64,000 nt of DNA from Lepidodermella squamata (lineage: Eukaryota > Animalia > Gastrotricha), in assembly GCA_047495785.1 (NCBI GenBank), contig JBLDXI010000036.1, positions 620,001 to 684,000 of the forward strand, in the 5' to 3' direction. Shown piece after piece: positions 59,029 to 64,000 of the stretch (positions within the stretch are counted from its first letter, which is position 1; each line of letters opens with the position of its first letter). A program made the translations under genes and the position numbers. Below the pieces are notes generated by a model. The model made no database searches. It was not told the origin of the DNA and saw only the letters and a program-made list of their open reading frames with translations.

Positions 59029-60745
59029 TCAATTCACAAATGCAATTAATCTACGGAAAATCGCAAAAGCCTTGTCTGAGAAAAGTAAGAAAATACTGGT
59101 CAGACCCGAAATGGTCAAACTTGCGACCGAAGCAACAATTCGTTGAGTTACGTGGTAATTAGTCGACGCTATTATCAGGAAAATTGCCCCTATGACCAAG
59201 GGCAAATTGACAAACGAAGCCATGCGATAACGCTTGATTTCCGGTTCTTTCACTTTGGCAATGGATATGGACAAGAGAACAGCCGCGCTTGCAGGAATTA
59301 GGTCCACCGCGACTAACGTCATCATGAAATTCAAGTCCCTGCCATTACTATCTTCGCATAATTCAACATAAACATGGCGTAAGATATCACGTTCAGCGTC
59401 AAACTCGATACGGACGATCCTAATACGTGATTCCATTGGGTTGGTGATGAGCCAAGAAGCTAATGAAGAAATGCACAAAATTAGGAGAAAGATGGGTGCA
59501 ACATTTCCGAAGAGCAATTGCAACCGATTAGAACCTCTGTTGATCACCCTTGGTTCAGCTGGTAACCGAGGAAATACTGCAGTGTTCCAATTGCTATGAG
59601 GGAAGATAGTGGCGCGGCACTTCGAAGTTACGTAAACTGCCAGCTTGCGATAAAGAACCAAATGAACGACGGTTGCTCCAATGACAAGGAAAATATATTT
59701 CATATTACAAACGAAAGCTGAGTGAACATTCAGGGCAAACAAGATCGAAGCTGCGTTGAGTAACACGCAAGCCAGGGTGAATATAATCGAATCGATTTTC
59801 AACTTCGAGATACATGTCAGCAGCTGGGCGAGATTTGCTACCCCACTAAGGACGCATGCGAAGATGAGAAAAGCATCAGGGACGTGGATTACCTCAATTT
59901 CCTCTCCCGGCCAATCAGCTGGGGGCTGCTTAGTCTGCGTGTACCAGACGTAAGGTTCGAAACTGCTAACAGCGTAGCTTGAGACATCACTCACATTTGT
60001 TTTGTTCGGTGGAAAAGTGATTTCGTAGTTAATCCGTGCTCTATTTTCCTCCGGAATCCACTGAAAGATGTACTGAGGCTCCGAGTCCTGTTCTAGCCTG
60101 GGCGTATATTCGATAACACCCTGCCTGAAGCCGATGAACCTAATAGAGGCAGCACTTTCGTTAGCAGCATTCATGACCACCTTCGGATTATTGTCGTATT
60201 CTTTGAGAGATAGATTCTTCTTGTTGAGAATGTTCTCAGCCCCATCTAGCGTTAGGATGGCCTGGAGAAACTCATCGTGGCATAGGTACCGTCTTCCGTA
60301 GCTTGACATACCCCTCGCATCGGGAACAACTTTATCGACCATTTCGTCAAACTGCTTCGCGTCATAGCCTAGGCTGGTTTTTCCCGTGTTTTCGACCCCG
60401 AAGCTCGACCATATTGACCCGATAAAAACTGTAGATTTATACTGTTGTGAGACTATGGCCTTTGTACAACCCGGAGCGATAACGTCAGGTCTTGTACTAA
60501 TATCTCTAAAGGTGAGCCCAGCAATAACAAAAACGTATCGTGATCCAGTCAAGCCGTAACTGAAGCATTTGCAAAGAAATAGGACAGAATTAGTGAAATC
60601 GGAAATTTCATATGCTATCACCCTTGCGCCTGATTTCTTTAACCCCGATATCAAGTCGTCGCTCAAATCAAAAGCAGCATCGTAATGCACAACTTCCAGG
60701 CCATTCGTGACCGCCAAATCGTAAAAGTACGATGCGATGTAAAAA
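59029..60745 (-). pseudogene. GABA-B-like GPCR copy 9, 5'-truncated (lacks signal peptide and about 185 N-terminal aa)
   Basis: Homology begins at FYIASYFYDLAVTNG (~60745) and is replaced upstream by unrelated repeat-like DNA. The remaining frame is open to the stop. Confidence 0.8.
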
Positions 60746-63151
60746 TCCAGTAAAAAACCATGCTAGGACGTTAATTTGGTTCATTTTGGCAGCTTTGCGC
60801 TGAGCAAAAAGGTTTAATACGGTTCAAATCACTACCCCTTGAAATTCCCCTCCTAGCCATCTTGGAGGGGAACGTTTTTCGCCCCTCCCCAATCTTCAAT
60901 GATTGCGTGAACCGGAACGGTTTTAGCTATTAACTATATTTAGCTACTTAATTATCATGTCTCGCGCACGCCGCTCTCGGCGTTATTAATGAGGAAAAAT
61001 GGTATATCGGTTGTGGAGTTATATCGGGCACAAAAATCGAAAATTCGGGATTAATCCACTTAAATATTTCGAAATCAAGAGACAATAATTTCTGAAATTA
61101 CGAAAAATTCCGCATTTCGAATAACTGCGACTGGAGTAATAAATTTCATGTTACTTAGGTGACTCGTGGCGATTTCTTCCCCCAAATTTGCGGTTCAATC
61201 GCGGCTCAAGATTAGAATATTGTTGAAGTATGTTTAATTGCTTATTACTCTCGAAACTGTTGATGTAAAATGTAAAATTTGAAATTCCCTTGAAATTGGG
61301 TTTATTGTTTGTGAGCGACGTGCGCGATGAATGCTGATTAAGTAGCAACTGCCGCTGCTAAACCGTTCTAGTTTGCGCTATCATCTACCGGTAAAGGTAA
61401 ACACCGTAATTTCCTCCCATTTTTTAGCCGATAGACTGCGCGGTTGAATGTGCAAAAAATCAGGCCTGATGAAACCGGTTTTAGGTCATAGTGGAAAGTG
61501 GAGAAGCCATATTGGTGTTGAGAAAAAATTAGCACCATTCGGATCGTCAATGCTTTAAGGTTACGCGCAACAAAATCAGAAAACTATCTTGTGCTAACAA
61601 AAGGAACTAGAATTAAATTCTTGCGATTTATTTGAATTTTTCCATGCAATGATCAGTTCAAAAACTTGGTAGCCATTTGGTAGCACATTGTACATGAAAA
61701 TTAGACTAAAATCACAGGACATTGGACGCACAAAAACCTTGGTCGAAACCGGTTTCACCGCGCAGTTTATAGTGAGCGAGGGTCCAAATCGAAAAATTGT
61801 TCTGTAAAGAATCTAGAATCTCTGTTATGCACGTCTTTGTAAAGTAGAATGGCTCATAATTTTCGTAAAAACTTGAGAAAATTAGGGTGCCAACAAAAAT
61901 TTCGAAATTCAAAATAATTCAAAATAAAATTCGAAAATGTCGAAAATACGGTTCTACGACTACTGACATGCAACTGACTACGACATCCGAGAAAACGACA
62001 TCCGAAACACCATCAACCGAAACCGATTAATTAATCAATCAAATTATTTTATTTTATTTTTTTAACGACAACCGAGGCATTCGATTCTTCAATTCCGGGC
62101 CATATTTGACTGCAACCTATTTTCATGAGATATAGGTAACTAGAGAAACCCTATTGAATGGTAGATGCCCAATGTTCACAGAGCAAACCTATTATTGACG
62201 AAACGCCCTTGACAATGTCAAAAACTTTCTAAATTGTCGACAAATATCGCACTCTCATTTCAATGGTATAGCCGATTCGCGCCGATATTTTTTATGATGC
62301 TAATGCTTAGAGCACTGATGCTGGCCATTTCGGGACCAGGCTGATCATTGTAGCCCTCTTTTTTATGGTGCTATTCATCGCGCGGCAAAACTTGGGATGG
62401 GCATTTTTAAAGAATGCGTACTCCCACTATTAGCATTGTCACTTCGAATTTCGACCCATATGCCATCCTTGTGCACGAGATTGATGGCTCCAATCCTATA
62501 TACAGAAAAATACGACTAAGCACGACCTGCAAGCTATCATAGTAGCGAAGTTATAGGGCTGGCTGGACTGGCTGGCTGGCTGGCTGGCTGTGACGCGGTG
62601 CCAGGTATATGCTAGAAGCTACATATCAATCTGGCATGAAAAATAAGCAAAATAAGCAAAATAAGCTTGAAAGAATACAGTTTACAGTTAAGATTCAAGC
62701 TGTAACGCCTATAAAGTGTATTACCACCTAGTGGTAAGAGCTGAAAAAAGCACATGATCGGGGAATTCGACGTGCGGAATCAATGGATGCTACCTGGTAG
62801 CCAATTTTTAATTCATCTTCCAGAGCAGCCACGCAGGAAGAACAGTAAATTCGTAGGAAATTTCACCAGCATGGAAAATCGCGACTCAGTCACATCGAAA
62901 TCAGGTTAGAACACTCGTTTACACAGTGAAACTCGTGTGAAACTCCGATTTCCTCTAACCGGTATGTTGCCTTCCCATCATTTAGTATTAGCTTAGGTAT
63001 CTCAGTCATCTTCAATAAGCCGGCGGTTGTTTGCTGCTCTATCCGGCAATATAAAACTTGTCCAATAAATATTTTTTACCGATTTTCCGATTTTTTCATC
63101 TTGGTAAAATTCTCTTGTTGTTAGATCTCCTTCAACTAAAAAACACGTTCT

Positions 63152-63970
63152 ACCGCGCCTCATATAGGCACAAAACTATGAGTGCTACGACGATGGGCGT
63201 AGTCTCGTTCGATTCCTCGCATTGTTCTGCACAGGATGGTTGCAATTAATCTTGCGCACAAATATTGCATACAGGTCAAAAATGCAAGTGAGTGCGCGCA
63301 CTGAAAATATGGCTATCCAAGTTTTACCGCGCGATGAATATCGTCATAAATACGGCGGCCACAGAGACCAGCCTGGTCTCAAAATTGTTAGCTGAATATG
63401 CTGTATATGTTAGAATCATTAATATATCAGCGCAACTTCGGTGAATGAAAAAATGCGAGTGCAAAGTTGGCCAACAAAATTATGAAAATTTGACTTGACA
63501 AATGGTGTGGCGTCAAATGGGTGCGTCCTGTGAAAGTGGGGCTTGGGCCAGTTCAAGGCGCGCCTTGAGTTACCTATTTCTCATGAATATTCGTAATTGA
63601 AGTCGCAGTTAAATTACACCCAGAATTAAATAATCGAAATTAGAAAATTTACTCACTTTGTTTTTTATCTCATATTATACCGCGTGGCCTATTGGCAAAA
63701 CGCTGTGATAGGTGTTGGCATGCGGTTTTCATCTCTCGAAAGCCCGTCATATTCTGTAATTGACATGGTTATTTTATTAAACCGGGACTATTCCTAATCG
63801 TCGTGAAATGATTCTCAAAAACGTCGAAATTTCGACATTTTAAGGTGGATCGACCGCACCTCCTATAGACAAAAAACTATGAGGGCTACGACGATGGGCC
63901 TAGTGTCGTTCGATTCGTCTTGAAATTCTACGTCGGCCTGTATAATGTCTATGTGCGCACAAAACTGCTA
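63152..63970. repeat. Diverged direct repeat of about 100 bp (63152-63260 / 63853-63960), probably internal to a transposon
   Basis: ccgcRcctcMtatagRcaMaaaactatgagKgctacgacgatgggcStagtStcgttcgattc occurs twice, about 700 bp apart. Confidence 0.65.
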
Positions 63971-64000
63971 CGCGTGTCGAAAATTTAGCAGAAAACGGCT

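Noticed and set aside
14272-59953. Recurrent short antisense ORFs over the receptor TM1-TM3 region
   Set aside because: Shadow ORFs repeated because the sense genes are paralogous; no independent evidence.
27240-62775. A/B-box-like motifs at ~27243, ~32049, ~45664 and ~62727 as tRNA genes
   Set aside because: No cloverleaf can be folded; at most decayed tRNA-derived SINE heads.

Overview
Animal (invertebrate-type) nuclear DNA with short GT-AG introns of about 50 nt; the host cannot be named from the sequence. (1) 1-7.5 kb: part of a Polinton/Maverick-like element. Its protein-primed B-family DNA polymerase gene (vOTU-like, Zn-finger, exonuclease, VSR-like and palm motifs) is split by six spliceosomal introns. 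Removing them gives an uninterrupted frame of about 1079 codons that runs off the left edge. Next to it are a small ORF, a spliced tandem-PC4 ssDNA-binding-like gene and a divergent Pro/Thr-rich gene. (2) 8.3-60.7 kb: an array of about ten intronless GABA-B-like class C GPCR paralogs (signal peptide, Venus flytrap, 7TM, no CRD, no coiled-coil tail). Five are intact. The rest are one chimera, one fold-back inversion, one frameshifted copy with a solo LTR, one 5'-truncated copy and one remnant. They share upstream motifs and show patchwork gene conversion, which suggests an expanded chemoreceptor-like family. (3) Interspersed host genes: a 205-aa orphan, a secreted PAN/apple protein with ten symmetric micro-exons, an OTU protease with a 66-bp repeat, and a non-RD, NFG pseudokinase/coiled-coil/ankyrin gene. 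(4) Many MITEs, several with readable TSDs. All gene models were spliced by hand; no database searches were run.
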